From: a virus
Strand: one strand, 5' to 3'
IMG/VR virus record: IMGVR_UViG_3300044625_001067
Coordinates: 33,473-97,472 of that record
Length of the DNA stretch: 64,000 nt
A program made the translations under genes and the position numbers. The notes beneath the pieces were generated by a model. It searched no databases and was not told where the DNA came from. It was given only the letters and a program-made list of their open reading frames with translations. Shown here one piece after another: positions 1 through 8,393 of the stretch. Every line of letters begins with the position of its first letter. Within the stretch, counting starts at the first letter, position 1.

Positions 1-1
1 G

Positions 2-376
2 ATTCGTGCTCGAAAGGTAGCACCGGAACCTTGGGAGAGTTGGGAGTCTGTTCGAAACCGATTCGACTCCCTTGACGATGCGCGAGAGTTTTACCACGGT
101 CAAAATGCCGTTAAAGCTTTGACTCGTGAGCAATTTTGGGACAGAAAGGACCAGTTTCTAACTGATCACGGCACCTACATCGAAGACGCACGAAACGCCG
201 CACTGTCAACTTTTGCAATCATCTACCAAGGAACCTGGTACGAGCGTGGAGAAATGGGATGGTTTGGGTGTGTCTCCGACGAGAAAGAAAGGGATGTTTG
301 GTTAGAAACCGTTGAGGAAATTCTGAGCAAGCTAACGCCCACCGATTTAGTCACAATTGTTGACTGCCACATTTAA
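2..376 (+). CDS. hypothetical protein, 5' partial (reading frame open from window edge)
   Basis: Frame 2 is open from nt 2 to the stop at 376, with no in-frame stop before the listed ORF 119..376. No recognisable motif. Confidence 0.4.
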   Translation: MRARKVAPEPWESWESVRNRFDSLDDAREFYHGQNAVKALTREQFWDRKDQFLTDHGTYIEDARNAALSTFAIIYQGTWYERGEMGWFGCVSDEKERDVWLETVEEILSKLTPTDLVTIVDCHI

Positions 377-397
377 CCCCGCGTCTACCCTATAAAA

Positions 398-476
398 CAT
401 AAGCAGGGCGGTTTCCCGAACATAAGCAGGGCGGTTTCCCGGCTTGTTTCTGCTCAGCAGAAACGGTATAGTAAGT
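398..476 (+). promoter_or_regulatory. conserved intergenic element (promoter/operator-like), with an internal 23-bp duplication
   Basis: aacataagcagggcggtttcccg occurs twice, followed by cttgtttctgctcagcagaaa (hairpin 2) and cggtatagtaa. The start codon is 3 nt after the element. Confidence 0.55.
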
Positions 477-478
477 TC

Positions 479-883
479 ATGAAAAGCAAAGCCCCGATGA
501 TCTACGCCACCGCCGCTCGCTCCCCAATCGCGCACATCCTGGGCGGGTCCCAGTTCACCGCAGAACCTTGCGACTCTCCCGCAAAACAGCGGAGGCAGTG
601 GTGGGACGTGTGTGAGCGCCCAGACCAAGACATTTGCCTTGAGGACGGCGAGTTTCAGCTTTCCGGACCGCACGGCTTCCGCAGAATCGCACGGTTTACA
701 GGGCGAATGCGCTGGGTCAACTCCCACACCTGCGCCCCCACAGTCGAAGTCTTCGATGTGGAAACGGTAGTTGCAATGGTTGGTGACCTGCCTGTGATCC
801 TGGGGTGCCGAGGCGAGCGCATCAAGGGAACCTGGTGGACTCACTGGAATGCTGTGAACCACGATGTTGTTGCCTTGCAGTGA
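479..883 (+). CDS. hypothetical protein (134 aa)
   Basis: ORF 479..883 begins 3 nt after a copy of the intergenic element (398..476). No motif recognised. Confidence 0.5.
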   Translation: MKSKAPMIYATAARSPIAHILGGSQFTAEPCDSPAKQRRQWWDVCERPDQDICLEDGEFQLSGPHGFRRIARFTGRMRWVNSHTCAPTVEVFDVETVVAMVGDLPVILGCRGERIKGTWWTHWNAVNHDVVALQ

Positions 884-1344
884 AGAACGTGAAAGTTTTC
901 CTTGACGATGAAAGGCCCACGCCAGACGGCTGGGTCCGTGCCTTCACAGCTCCTGAAGCCATCGATCTTCTTAAAACCGGAAAGGTTACACAACTTTCCC
1001 TTGACCACGACCTTGGGCCGGAAGACGCAGGAACTGGATACGACGTTTGCCTGTGGGTGGAAGAGAAAGTCTTCTCTCAAGACTTTTGTACTGAGGACCC
1101 TTTTACACCTCCAATCATGAGTGTGCATTCCGCCAACCCTGTTGGCCGGCAACGAATGGAATTTGCTATTCAAATGATTTACCATCACTTCAAGGTTACT
1201 CAGCCTGTGGTGTGGGACTCCTTTAAGGAAACCCTCCAAGAGAAGCGACGTAGCGGGTCCAGAGAAGCCTTAGATGCCCTTGCAAAGCTTGGCCAGGAGT
1301 CTAATGATTACGGTGATGATTACGGACCAACGACGCGAGACTGA
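883..1344 (+). CDS. hypothetical protein (GTG start inferred)
   Basis: The frame is open to 805 but no ATG precedes the conserved part. GTG at 883/892 lies right at the stop of the upstream gene. Residues KVFLDDERPTPDGW...LSLDHDLG are present. Start uncertain. Confidence 0.4.
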   Translation, partial: KNVKVFLDDERPTPDGWVRAFTAPEAIDLLKTGKVTQLSLDHDLGPEDAGTGYDVCLWVEEKVFSQDFCTEDPFTPPIMSVHSANPVGRQRMEFAIQMIYHHFKVTQPVVWDSFKETLQEKRRSGSREALDALAKLGQESNDYGDDYGPTTRD

Positions 1345-1380
1345 ACTCGCTTCAGATTCCAACACGAGGACAGACCGTTG

Positions 1381-1435
1381 CCGGTACGGTTTTCCGCCCC
1401 CTTATTCCCTCCACAAAAGGGGCTATAGTTAGGGG
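1381..1435 (+). promoter_or_regulatory. degenerate copy of the intergenic element
   Basis: cggttttccgccc, the hairpin cccc-tccacaaaa-gggg and ctatagtta. Confidence 0.35.
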
Positions 1436-1453
1436 GTAAGAAACACGAACAAA

Positions 1454-1651
1454 ATGGGCGTCATTGCCGACTCACTCCGCTCCACACTTCGAGAGCTGGC
1501 TCAGGCCGATGCCCGGCTCTACCGGGGCCTGGCCGACGAGCTTGGGTCTCATGCTCCAGCGCTCCCTAGCGCCGTGACTGAGGCGGAACTGGCCGCTGCT
1601 GTCGCGCTGCTCAAGGCTAACGGGTACCGGGTCACGCCGCCCAAAACCTGA
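1454..1651 (+). CDS. hypothetical small protein (65 aa, Ala-rich)
   Basis: ORF preceded by a degenerate element copy (1381..1435). Confidence 0.4.
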   Translation: MGVIADSLRSTLRELAQADARLYRGLADELGSHAPALPSAVTEAELAAAVALLKANGYRVTPPKT

Positions 1652-1679
1652 GATTCCCTGCCCCCCGCACTCTATCCTC

Positions 1680-1913
1680 ATGGAAAACCCCACCGACGCA
1701 GAAATCGAAGCTCTCCTGCAGGAGGTAGATGCGGTTATCGCCGCATCGAACGCGCTAGACGAACGCACCGAGCGGCTCCTGCGGGGTGGCAGCGTGGCGG
1801 TCCGCATGGCCGATCTGGCCCTTCAGATGGACCAGGGCCGGCAGGAGCTGGATGAGATCGAGCGGCAGCAGGCCGCCATCGAAGACGAGATCGAGGCAAT
1901 GGAAGCAGAGTAG
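1680..1913 (+). CDS. hypothetical acidic coiled-coil protein (77 aa)
   Basis: ORF 1680..1913 is E/D/Q-rich with an ATG start. Confidence 0.4.
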   Translation: MENPTDAEIEALLQEVDAVIAASNALDERTERLLRGGSVAVRMADLALQMDQGRQELDEIERQQAAIEDEIEAMEAE

Positions 1914-1976
1914 CGGCGCAAAATGATACCTGAATTCCTACGCCTGCGAACACAGGAAGACACTTAAATCATCCCA

Positions 1977-2456
1977 ATGAAAACCCTTAGATACACAACT
2001 ATTAACCGACAAGCCTTGGGTTGGCCATCTGGCCCGTGGGACAATGAGCCCGACAAGGTCCAGTGGCCTGACATGGCGACCGGACTCCCTTGCTTAGCAG
2101 TTCGCAACCCTCTCTCAGGGCACTGGTGTGGCTACGTTGGCGTTGCCGACGAGCACCCTTGCTTCGGCAAGTACTGGGATGACGTTCCGGGTATAGATGT
2201 CCACGGCGGGCTCACTTTCTCCGACCACTGTCAACCAGACTCCGAAGAGACAGGGATATGCCACATTCCGGGTGAGGGACAACCCGACCACGTTTGGTGG
2301 TTCGGCTTCGACTGCGCCCACTACGGTGATTCTTCACCGCAACTACAAGTTTACTTAGGTACGGAACGCCACCAAGAATACAGAACTCTTGAGTACGTGA
2401 AAGAAGAGTGCGGTTTTCTTGCACGCCAACTTTCTCACCCTATCCGACTCGCGTAA
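1977..2456 (+). CDS. hypothetical protein (159 aa, Cys/His/Trp-rich core GHWCGYVGVADEHPCFG)
   Basis: ORF 1977..2456. Conserved-looking Cys/His cluster. No family assigned. Confidence 0.5.
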   Translation: MKTLRYTTINRQALGWPSGPWDNEPDKVQWPDMATGLPCLAVRNPLSGHWCGYVGVADEHPCFGKYWDDVPGIDVHGGLTFSDHCQPDSEETGICHIPGEGQPDHVWWFGFDCAHYGDSSPQLQVYLGTERHQEYRTLEYVKEECGFLARQLSHPIRLA

Positions 2457-2457
2457 A

Positions 2458-2823
2458 GTGGAAAAGAATCTTCTCGACGCTTTTAACCTTGAAGAGTACG
2501 ACTACGAAGTCGCCTTTGAGTTTCGCGACTCTAGCTTCTTTCGCCGACTTTTCACTCGCAAAAAAGATTTCTTGGTGTATTACATTCGCCGAGTGCCGAA
2601 GATTGCGTCTGACCCGGCGAAAGAGAGTCAGGGGGAGAAGGTTCTATCGCACAGGTACAGTTCTCAGGATGGCGAGAAGATCTATGCCTTTGGCTCAGTA
2701 AATGACAAATGGGATTTTATGTACTGGGACACATCAGACGAACCTCAACAGTTACTCATGAGAGTATGCCTGAAGCTTCGGCTCTCAAGCGACAACGTTA
2801 CATTTTCTACCGCGACTCACTAG
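2458..2823 (+). CDS. hypothetical protein, tandem paralog A
   Basis: GTG at 2458 immediately follows the upstream stop (ORF track frame opens at 2419). Clear paralogy to 2850..3230 (YxVAFEFR(D/N)SxF(F/L)RRL(F/L)TRKxDxLxYYIRR...NVTFST). Confidence 0.5.
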   Translation: MEKNLLDAFNLEEYDYEVAFEFRDSSFFRRLFTRKKDFLVYYIRRVPKIASDPAKESQGEKVLSHRYSSQDGEKIYAFGSVNDKWDFMYWDTSDEPQQLLMRVCLKLRLSSDNVTFSTATH

Positions 2824-2849
2824 AGTTTGCAGCACACTGAATTAAAACT

Positions 2850-3230
2850 TTGACAATGGTAAACGTACCACTCAGTAATTTTGATTTCGACCGCTACAAC
2901 TATGTGGTAGCATTTGAGTTTCGCAATTCGGGGTTTCTTCGTAGGCTTCTCACTCGAAAGAGTGATCACCTGTTGTACTACATTCGACGGGAATGCAAGC
3001 TGAAATCTCAAAACCAAGACGGAGAGGAAATCCTGTCCAGCTACTTCACTCTTGAGTATCTTGAGAGATACGTTTGTTTCCTGTCGCGAGAGGAGGACAA
3101 CTACAAACCCCTATACTGGAACAATCCCACTGAACCTCAGGAGTTTCTCACTCGACTGTACATGAAACTCAAACCTTCTCAAGACAACGTTACTTTTTCA
3201 ACCTCAAGCCTCAGTTTCACGGAACAATAA
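2850..3230 (+). CDS. hypothetical protein, tandem paralog B
   Basis: ORF 2850..3230 shares about 40% identity by eye with 2458..2823. Confidence 0.5.
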   Translation: MTMVNVPLSNFDFDRYNYVVAFEFRNSGFLRRLLTRKSDHLLYYIRRECKLKSQNQDGEEILSSYFTLEYLERYVCFLSREEDNYKPLYWNNPTEPQEFLTRLYMKLKPSQDNVTFSTSSLSFTEQ

Positions 3231-3242
3231 TAGCATAGCAGT

Positions 3243-4025
3243 ATGGCACACACTGACACCCTTGGAGACCTTCTTAAGGCTCAAGAACAGGCGGAAGCGG
3301 GGCGAAAAGCCGACCCGTTACTCCCCCTTATGGCACGTATCGACGGTAGCTGCTTCAGTGCTTTCACCAAGGGGCTAGAGCGACCATTTGACGAGCGATT
3401 TGTGCAGTTAATGATTGAAACCACCAAGTTTCTCGTTGACAAGAGTGAAGCCCAACTCGGTTACTGCCAAAGTGATGAAATTACATTGTTCTGGTACCTC
3501 GACAAGGAAAATTACTCGAACAGAGAGCTGTGGTTCGGTGGCAAGTTTCAAAAGCTGACCTCGATCCTGGCCGGCTCCGCATCGTCATACTTTAGTGCGA
3601 ACATTCCAAAAGTTCTGCATGAAAAGCAAGGGTGCTATCCCGTGTTTGACGCGAGAGTGTGGAATGTCCCGGACTTAGAACACGCATACCTAAACTTTGT
3701 CTGGAGACAACAAGATGCGCAGAAGAACTCCGTATCCATGTACGCTCGCCACTTCTTCTCCCACAAGTCTCTTCAGGGCAAAACCTGCCGAGAAATGAAG
3801 GGAATGCTTGCCGAAGTCGGAAAGCCATGGGAAGAACTCCCTAAGTTTTTCACTCACGGAACGTTCGTGCGAAGGCAGCGCCGTCTTGTCAACCCCGAGG
3901 ATCTTGTTGGCATTCCCGAGAAGTACCGCCCGACCAAGGCAATCGTTCGCACTGTTGTTGAAAAGTGGGAGCCTTATGGGGAACTTTCCTTGAGCGACTT
4001 TGCTCCTTGGGCTTTTGCTCGGTAA
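3243..4025 (+). CDS. tRNA(His) guanylyltransferase-like protein (Thg1-like 3'-5' nucleotidyltransferase)
   Basis: Three motifs align with the human Thg1 sequence recalled from memory: MARIDGSCF vs VRLDGRNFH, CQSDEITLF vs GQSDEYSFVF, and FDARVWNVP...VWRQQDAQKNS vs FDGRVVVYP...SWRQADCHINN. The 260 aa length is typical of Thg1 and Thg1-like proteins. Confidence 0.7.
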   Translation: MAHTDTLGDLLKAQEQAEAGRKADPLLPLMARIDGSCFSAFTKGLERPFDERFVQLMIETTKFLVDKSEAQLGYCQSDEITLFWYLDKENYSNRELWFGGKFQKLTSILAGSASSYFSANIPKVLHEKQGCYPVFDARVWNVPDLEHAYLNFVWRQQDAQKNSVSMYARHFFSHKSLQGKTCREMKGMLAEVGKPWEELPKFFTHGTFVRRQRRLVNPEDLVGIPEKYRPTKAIVRTVVEKWEPYGELSLSDFAPWAFAR

Positions 4026-4190
4026 CGGACTCATATGGGAAATCACCCTGAGCGACTTTGCTCCTTGTGCCATTGCGCTGTAACGGATTCACCCATGAAA
4101 TGTCCCTAAGCCACTTTACTTCCTGAGTCCCTTGCGCTATACTGATTTCACCTGGGAATTTACTCCTGAGTCCCTTGCGCTGTAGCGGAG
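3985..4190. repeat. ~58-bp imperfect tandem repeat array (about 3.5 units)
   Basis: The unit ccttgagcgactttgctccttg...gctcggtaacggactca recurs at 3991, 4049 and 4107 (period 58), with a partial unit of period ~43 at 4166. The array spans the 3' end of the Thg1-like gene and the spacer before tRNA-Gly. Confidence 0.7.
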
Positions 4191-4206
4191 GCACCGGCAA
4201 ACCAAT

Positions 4207-4278
4207 GCGAGTGTAGTTCAGCGGTAGAACGTTAGCTTCCCAAGCTAAATGTCGCCGGTTCAAGTCCGGTCACTCGCT
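4207..4278 (+). tRNA. tRNA-Gly (anticodon CCC)
   Basis: A cloverleaf folds by hand. Acceptor stem gcgagtg/cactcgc. D-arm gttc-agcggta-gaac. Anticodon arm ttagc-ttCCCaa-gctaa. T-arm gccgg-ttcaagt-ccggt. Confidence 0.85.
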
Positions 4279-4304
4279 CTCTTTCCCGCACAGCAAATAT
4301 CTTT

Positions 4305-4736
4305 ATGCAACCTTCAAACGAAGACCCCAGCTCAGTGGAAAAGATTGAAAAGGAAGTTATTGAGTTCTTGAACACAAAGGGAGGACGTGCAAAGCTTCGT
4401 GAAGTTCAAACTAGGTTTGAGCAGGAAACAGTGAAGTCCATTCAAAACCTCACAGTCGCACCGGGGTCTGTAGTTCTCGACATGATTGCAAACAACAAGC
4501 TTTGTCTCAATTCCGATTGGGAAGTTGGTGTTAGACCCACTATTCCCATAAGCACGGCATCACCCAGGTACGTAACAACTGGGAGTTTTTCCGTGCGCAA
4601 CGATATAAACTGCCCACGCTGCGATCTTCAGCATGTCGACCGGGGCGACTGGGCCAAGAGACTGCACAGGAAGCACCTCTGCGAACGGTGCGGCTGCATC
4701 TGGCAGCCTGAGGACGGGTATAGCTTCGGAATCTGA
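4305..4736 (+). CDS. hypothetical protein with C-terminal Cys4 zinc ribbon (CPRCD...CERCGC)
   Basis: ORF 4305..4736. Two CxxC pairs near the C-terminus. Confidence 0.5.
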   Translation: MQPSNEDPSSVEKIEKEVIEFLNTKGGRAKLREVQTRFEQETVKSIQNLTVAPGSVVLDMIANNKLCLNSDWEVGVRPTIPISTASPRYVTTGSFSVRNDINCPRCDLQHVDRGDWAKRLHRKHLCERCGCIWQPEDGYSFGI

Positions 4737-4760
4737 CCCTAAGTGTTCAATTCAGTGAGC

Positions 4761-4812
4761 AGGGCGGTTACCCGCCTTTACCTTTCCGGGAGAAGGCGGT
4801 ATGATTATAAGG
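4761..4812 (+). promoter_or_regulatory. intergenic element copy
   Basis: agggcggttacccgcc, cctttccgggagaagg and cggtatgattataagg. Confidence 0.5.
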
Positions 4813-4834
4813 TAACCAGTTTCGGTCCGGTCTG

Positions 4835-5536
4835 ATGGCTTCTTCCTCAAAAGTTCTTGACCTTGTTCGTTACGTTGGGCAGACCTTGTCGGTTAAACGA
4901 AGGAATGGCAGCATCGTCTCCTTAAGAATTTCAGCTTCAACTAGTAACCCCCTTTACCCCTTCCAAGACTCCTCCGGAGGATTTTACACCCCTGAAGGGT
5001 GCACCTTCTTTGGCCAAAGGTCTCCCGACGATATTGTGAAGATTCTCGGTATCAGGAAACCGGGAATGGGTAGGACTGAGCTTAGAGATTTTATTTCCCA
5101 GACCGAAGAGTATGCGAGACAACTTAAATTGGAATTGTCTCGCCGGGAGTCTTGCCCAACTTTACAGGAAGCCTCAGAAGGTGATGTACTTGAAGATGAC
5201 TCCATTGTTCTCCTCAAGTGTGCTAACAACGCAATACTCGTATCCCCCTCATATACAGAAACCGAAGCCACATGGAGTGATACTTTTCTGGAGCTGAATG
5301 ATTCCCTAAAGGAGGGTGGATTTAATCCTTCTGAGTGGTTTGTACCCTCCAAGAGCCTTCTTCACTTGGCTATGGCGACCCATAGAAGGTTTTTTGAAGA
5401 ATCATGGTATTGGAGTTCCACTGAGTATGACGACACCAGGGCAGAGGCTGTGGACTTTAGGGATGACGGAAGCTACGAGCTTCACCCAAAGACCTATAAA
5501 GGTTCCGTTCGTGCCTTTCGCTCCGTCTACTTTTAA
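4835..5536 (+). CDS. hypothetical protein (233 aa)
   Basis: ORF preceded by an element copy at 4761..4812. Confidence 0.5.
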   Translation: MASSSKVLDLVRYVGQTLSVKRRNGSIVSLRISASTSNPLYPFQDSSGGFYTPEGCTFFGQRSPDDIVKILGIRKPGMGRTELRDFISQTEEYARQLKLELSRRESCPTLQEASEGDVLEDDSIVLLKCANNAILVSPSYTETEATWSDTFLELNDSLKEGGFNPSEWFVPSKSLLHLAMATHRRFFEESWYWSSTEYDDTRAEAVDFRDDGSYELHPKTYKGSVRAFRSVYF

Positions 5537-5556
5537 CCCCCGAAAGCCCTAAACCA

Positions 5557-6219
5557 ATGGTAGACCCTGCACAAACTGACTTGTTTACTGCCCCGGTGAC
5601 TTCAGACTATCAAGTAAAGACCCGCTGGGGTTTCATGGGGTTCGAGAATCAGTATTGGGATAAGACAAAAATAGGGGAGATAATCACACTTTCCGGACCG
5701 CGAGTTGATGTAGATCACAAGAGAAAGAATACGTTTAGTGGGTATATTCTTGACCTAGAGTTTCTTACTTGCGAGGATTATAGCAGGGTTCAAGGGGAGT
5801 GGACAGCGCCGAAACACATGGATTGCGCTATTGCAACTATGTGGACTTTTAAGGGAACCGCCGCTAGACGTAAAATGACGACACTACTTAAAAGTGGGCT
5901 TGGCATTGGCGTCTCAATTGAGCATGGCGGTAGAAAGCCTAAAAGAACCATAGGTCCTTGCATAACAGTCACCCATTGCCCCCAAAACCACGATGCATGG
6001 GTTATAACTGGAGCCATCGCAGGAAAGTTCTACAGCAATTTGTATCCAAAGAACAAAACACTTCCGGACTCAGTTTTGAACTGTGCACGGGAGCAATACG
6101 AGAAGCACGCTAAACAAGTGTTTCATACACGTGGGAATAGAGATTTCATTCGTGCCCAGCTAGAGTGGGAACCTGGCGGGTCTTACTACAAGTTGTTAAA
6201 TCCACCCTGTCGAGGGTGA
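5557..6219 (+). CDS. hypothetical protein (220 aa)
   Basis: ORF 5557..6219. No motif recognised. Confidence 0.5.
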   Translation: MVDPAQTDLFTAPVTSDYQVKTRWGFMGFENQYWDKTKIGEIITLSGPRVDVDHKRKNTFSGYILDLEFLTCEDYSRVQGEWTAPKHMDCAIATMWTFKGTAARRKMTTLLKSGLGIGVSIEHGGRKPKRTIGPCITVTHCPQNHDAWVITGAIAGKFYSNLYPKNKTLPDSVLNCAREQYEKHAKQVFHTRGNRDFIRAQLEWEPGGSYYKLLNPPCRG

Positions 6220-6250
6220 GGTTAGTCGGGTACGGTCAACCGCACCCCTG

Positions 6251-6298
6251 AAGGCGGTTACCCGCCTTGCCTTTTCCAGGAAAGTAAGGCATAATTAA
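6251..6298 (+). promoter_or_regulatory. intergenic element copy
   Basis: aaggcggttacccgcc, cttttccaggaaag and gcataattaa. Confidence 0.5.
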
Positions 6299-6326
6299 CG
6301 AGAAACTGAACGATGGCCCTCGAACA

Positions 6327-6590
6327 ATGAAGTCCACATTTTACGTGAAGAACGAAAAGGTTGAGAGCACAAAAGCTCTCGTTCGCCAACACGCAACTCT
6401 AAGATTTCTACAAAACCCTTTACAGGTGGGTTCCTCAACCGAATTCTGCTTAGAAGGCGATGTCAAAGACTTTAATTCTCTCAACGTTATGCTGGAGGAG
6501 CTAAACGTCGAAGAAAAACCAGAACCAGGGAGCTTTGTTGAACATTTCTGGTCAGTTGTAAGGGGTTCCCCTCGCAATCGCAACCTGTGA
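6327..6590 (+). CDS. hypothetical protein (87 aa)
   Basis: ORF preceded by an element copy at 6251..6298. Confidence 0.4.
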   Translation: MKSTFYVKNEKVESTKALVRQHATLRFLQNPLQVGSSTEFCLEGDVKDFNSLNVMLEELNVEEKPEPGSFVEHFWSVVRGSPRNRNL

Positions 6591-6669
6591 TTGCCGCAGA
6601 AACGGTTAGCCGGCCCCATCCGTTAGGTCCTTTTTCGGCCTTTGCAAGTAAACACGTCATTCTACTAGC

Positions 6670-6933
6670 ATGGACATTAAGTCACCCTTGACTGACATAG
6701 GCTTGCGTAACTTGGCTCACGCACCCCGTCCCACTGCGGCAAGGGCTCGAAAGCAGATTAGAGAGATTAAAAAAGGGTCCGGCGTGTCTGTGAACGATTG
6801 GACGTTTAGAGGTAACATGAAGTACTCTATAAACTGCGGAAGTCTAGAAGACACTTCTACAGCCGTATCTTGGCTGAAAGAGAAGAGTATTGCTGTTCTT
6901 GAGTGCCCTAAGATACTTGACGCCACAGCATAG
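6670..6933 (+). CDS. hypothetical protein (87 aa)
   Basis: ORF 6670..6933. Confidence 0.4.
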   Translation: MDIKSPLTDIGLRNLAHAPRPTAARARKQIREIKKGSGVSVNDWTFRGNMKYSINCGSLEDTSTAVSWLKEKSIAVLECPKILDATA

Positions 6934-7054
6934 GGCGACGGATGGATTGCTTATTTGGTTAGACCTATAGCGTGAAGGCGGTTTCCTGGCTTGTTTGCTT
7001 GGGGGACTCCCTCTGACAACCCTGCGGCACTCAAGTCGAATTCTCCCGCCCAAC

Positions 7055-7135
7055 GGGGCGGTTACCCGCCCTTTTGCCCCTCGGCGAAACGGGCTATAGT
7101 AAAGGAGTGGTTGAGAGCTTCGCTCCTCGCCCCCC
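7055..7135 (+). promoter_or_regulatory. intergenic element copy plus a conserved downstream leader (aaaggRgtggttgagag..cttcgctcctc)
   Basis: ggggcggttacccgccc, ttttgcccctcggcgaaacgggc and tatagtaaaggagtggttgagagcttcgctcctcgcc. A partial copy also lies at 6973..6997. Confidence 0.55.
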
Positions 7136-7313
7136 TTGCGAAACGAACCTCGAAAAGATCGCGTCTTTGTAAAAGACCTAAGTAGCATACCCCACGAATG
7201 TACCTCGTTAGTCGTGCTTGGCGGGTTAAGCGTAAATGCTTCCGTAAGCTGGGGAAAGGGCTAGGACAAATTGCTACTACAATGACGCAATCTTCGAGAC
7301 TTCGCCAAGGGGC

Positions 7314-7395
7314 AAGGCGGGAAACCGCCCTTTACTCCCCTAGCCAAACAAGCTATAGTAAAGGGGTGGTTGAGAGAGCTTCGCTCCTCACTCTT
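7314..7395 (+). promoter_or_regulatory. intergenic element copy whose palindrome loop is inverted (gaaa rather than tttc/ttac) while TATAGT keeps the + orientation, followed by the conserved leader
   Basis: aaggcgggaaaccgccc...agctatagtaaaggggtggttgagagagcttcgctcctcac. Confidence 0.55.
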
Positions 7396-7747
7396 TCCCC
7401 GGTCTCTCCGGGGGCAACTTGAAAATTTAAGATTTACACACACTGGTGAGTACACAGGTTGGGGTACGACCAAGTGCTACCGTGGTCGGGCTTTTACCCT
7501 GGTAAGGGGTGAAAGAGTTGGTAGCAGCCAGTGTTAAGACCAAAAGGTTAACGAGAGAGAAAGATCACGGTTCGAGTCCGGATCCAGCAGTAATTGAGCC
7601 CGTCAAGGGCATTCCTAGCCATGGTTGCGGGGTAGTTTAAGTGGCCTAAAAACATTCTCTCTTTTACCCAGGGGACAATGGCGGTCGCGGCTAACGCCAA
7701 GTGCGACTAAGCCACGTCTCATGACCCCGGTTGATCCCGGGGTATAC

Positions 7748-7821
7748 GCTGCAGTAGGCGAATTGGTTAAGCCGCCAGACTTTCAATCTGGAAATTACGG
7801 GTTCAAACCCCGTCTGCAGTA
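7748..7821 (+). tRNA. tRNA-Glu (anticodon TTC)
   Basis: Acceptor stem gctgcag/ctgcagt. Anticodon arm ccaga-ctTTCaa-tctgg. T-arm acggg-ttcaaac-cccgt. Confidence 0.8.
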
Positions 7822-7829
7822 TGACCCTG

Positions 7830-7872
7830 TGGTTTAACCCATGGGGCACCCTGTGGTTCAACCCGTAGGGCA
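7830..7872. repeat. 22-bp tandem direct repeat (x2) immediately 3' of tRNA-Glu
   Basis: ccctgtggtttaacccatgggg is followed by ccctgtggttcaacccgtaggg. Confidence 0.7.
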
Positions 7873-7950
7873 AATCCACCTTGCCTCTACAGATCGGGAG
7901 ATAGCATCAAAACGAGTCATCGTGGAAGAGGGAAGAACTCGGTGGGTTCC

Positions 7951-8076
7951 TGACTAAGAGTGTTAGAGGTTAGCATGTTCCTTTGGGCGAAAACAGTAAG
8001 ATAGAACGAAGGCCAAGTTCCGTATCTGTGAGTAGTTTTGACAGAGGAGGTTGAGGTTCGAATCCTCGTTAGTCAC
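7951..8076 (+). tRNA. tRNA-like gene, non-canonical length (126 nt between perfectly complementary acceptor strands; possible insertion or intron)
   Basis: T-arm tgagg-ttcgaat-cctcg with the 3' acceptor strand ttagtca at 8069..8075. The only complementary 5' strand, tgactaa, lies at 7951..7957. The interior was not resolved by hand. Confidence 0.3.
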
Positions 8077-8222
8077 TTGCCCCTCGGCAACAGGGTGCTT
8101 CGTTATGCCCTGACCATCAAACATAACGCCGCTTCTCGTGACGGTAAGATCGAGACTCTGCATCCCTGAGTAACGGGACGCTTAATGTTTGTCGGACAAA
8201 CATCCTTGGCAACTCAACAGGT

Positions 8223-8319
8223 TAAGACGTTGCGAGTCACAGCTGGTAACTGTGACAGGGGACAAGTCTGGTTGACGTTCTGTGCACAAGAACCACGGGT
8301 TCGATTCCCGGCGTCTTCG
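8223..8319 (+). tRNA. tRNA-like element (T-arm cggg-ttcgatt-cccg). The 5' boundary is uncertain and the element contains a 7-bp hairpin gtcacag-ctggtaa-ctgtgac.
   Basis: The GGTTCGATTCC T-loop and the acceptor-like pairing taagacg/cgtcttc carry a 1–72 mismatch. No canonical D-arm was found. Confidence 0.3.
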
Positions 8320-8344
8320 TTGGTTTGCTTTCGCAAACCCTTAC

Positions 8345-8393
8345 TTCCGCTCTTCTGAGGCCGAAAGCCACGGGGTTCGAATCCCGGCGGAAA
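8345..8393 (+). ncRNA. tRNA-like minihelix (acceptor-like stem plus T-arm only, about 49 nt) preceded by a 7-bp hairpin ggtttgc-tttc-gcaaacc
   Basis: ttccgc(8345-50) pairs with gcggaa(8387-92) and flanks gggg-ttcgaat-cccg. No D-arm or anticodon arm fits. Confidence 0.25.

Noticed and set aside
347-862. 171-aa – strand ORF overlapping + strand genes 119..376 and 479..883.
   Set aside because: It is antisense to two co-oriented genes, runs through the intergenic element, and has no upstream signal. It is judged spurious.
3690-4263. – strand ORFs 3690..4073 and 3889..4263 over the Thg1-like gene and the repeat array.
   Set aside because: They are antisense to a gene with strong homology support. 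The repetitive DNA inflates the ORF length.
7560-7592. GGTTCGAGTCC T-loop-like motif at 7567.
   Set aside because: No T-stem pairing or complementary acceptor strands could be found, so it was not called a tRNA. It may belong to a structured RNA or a decayed tRNA.
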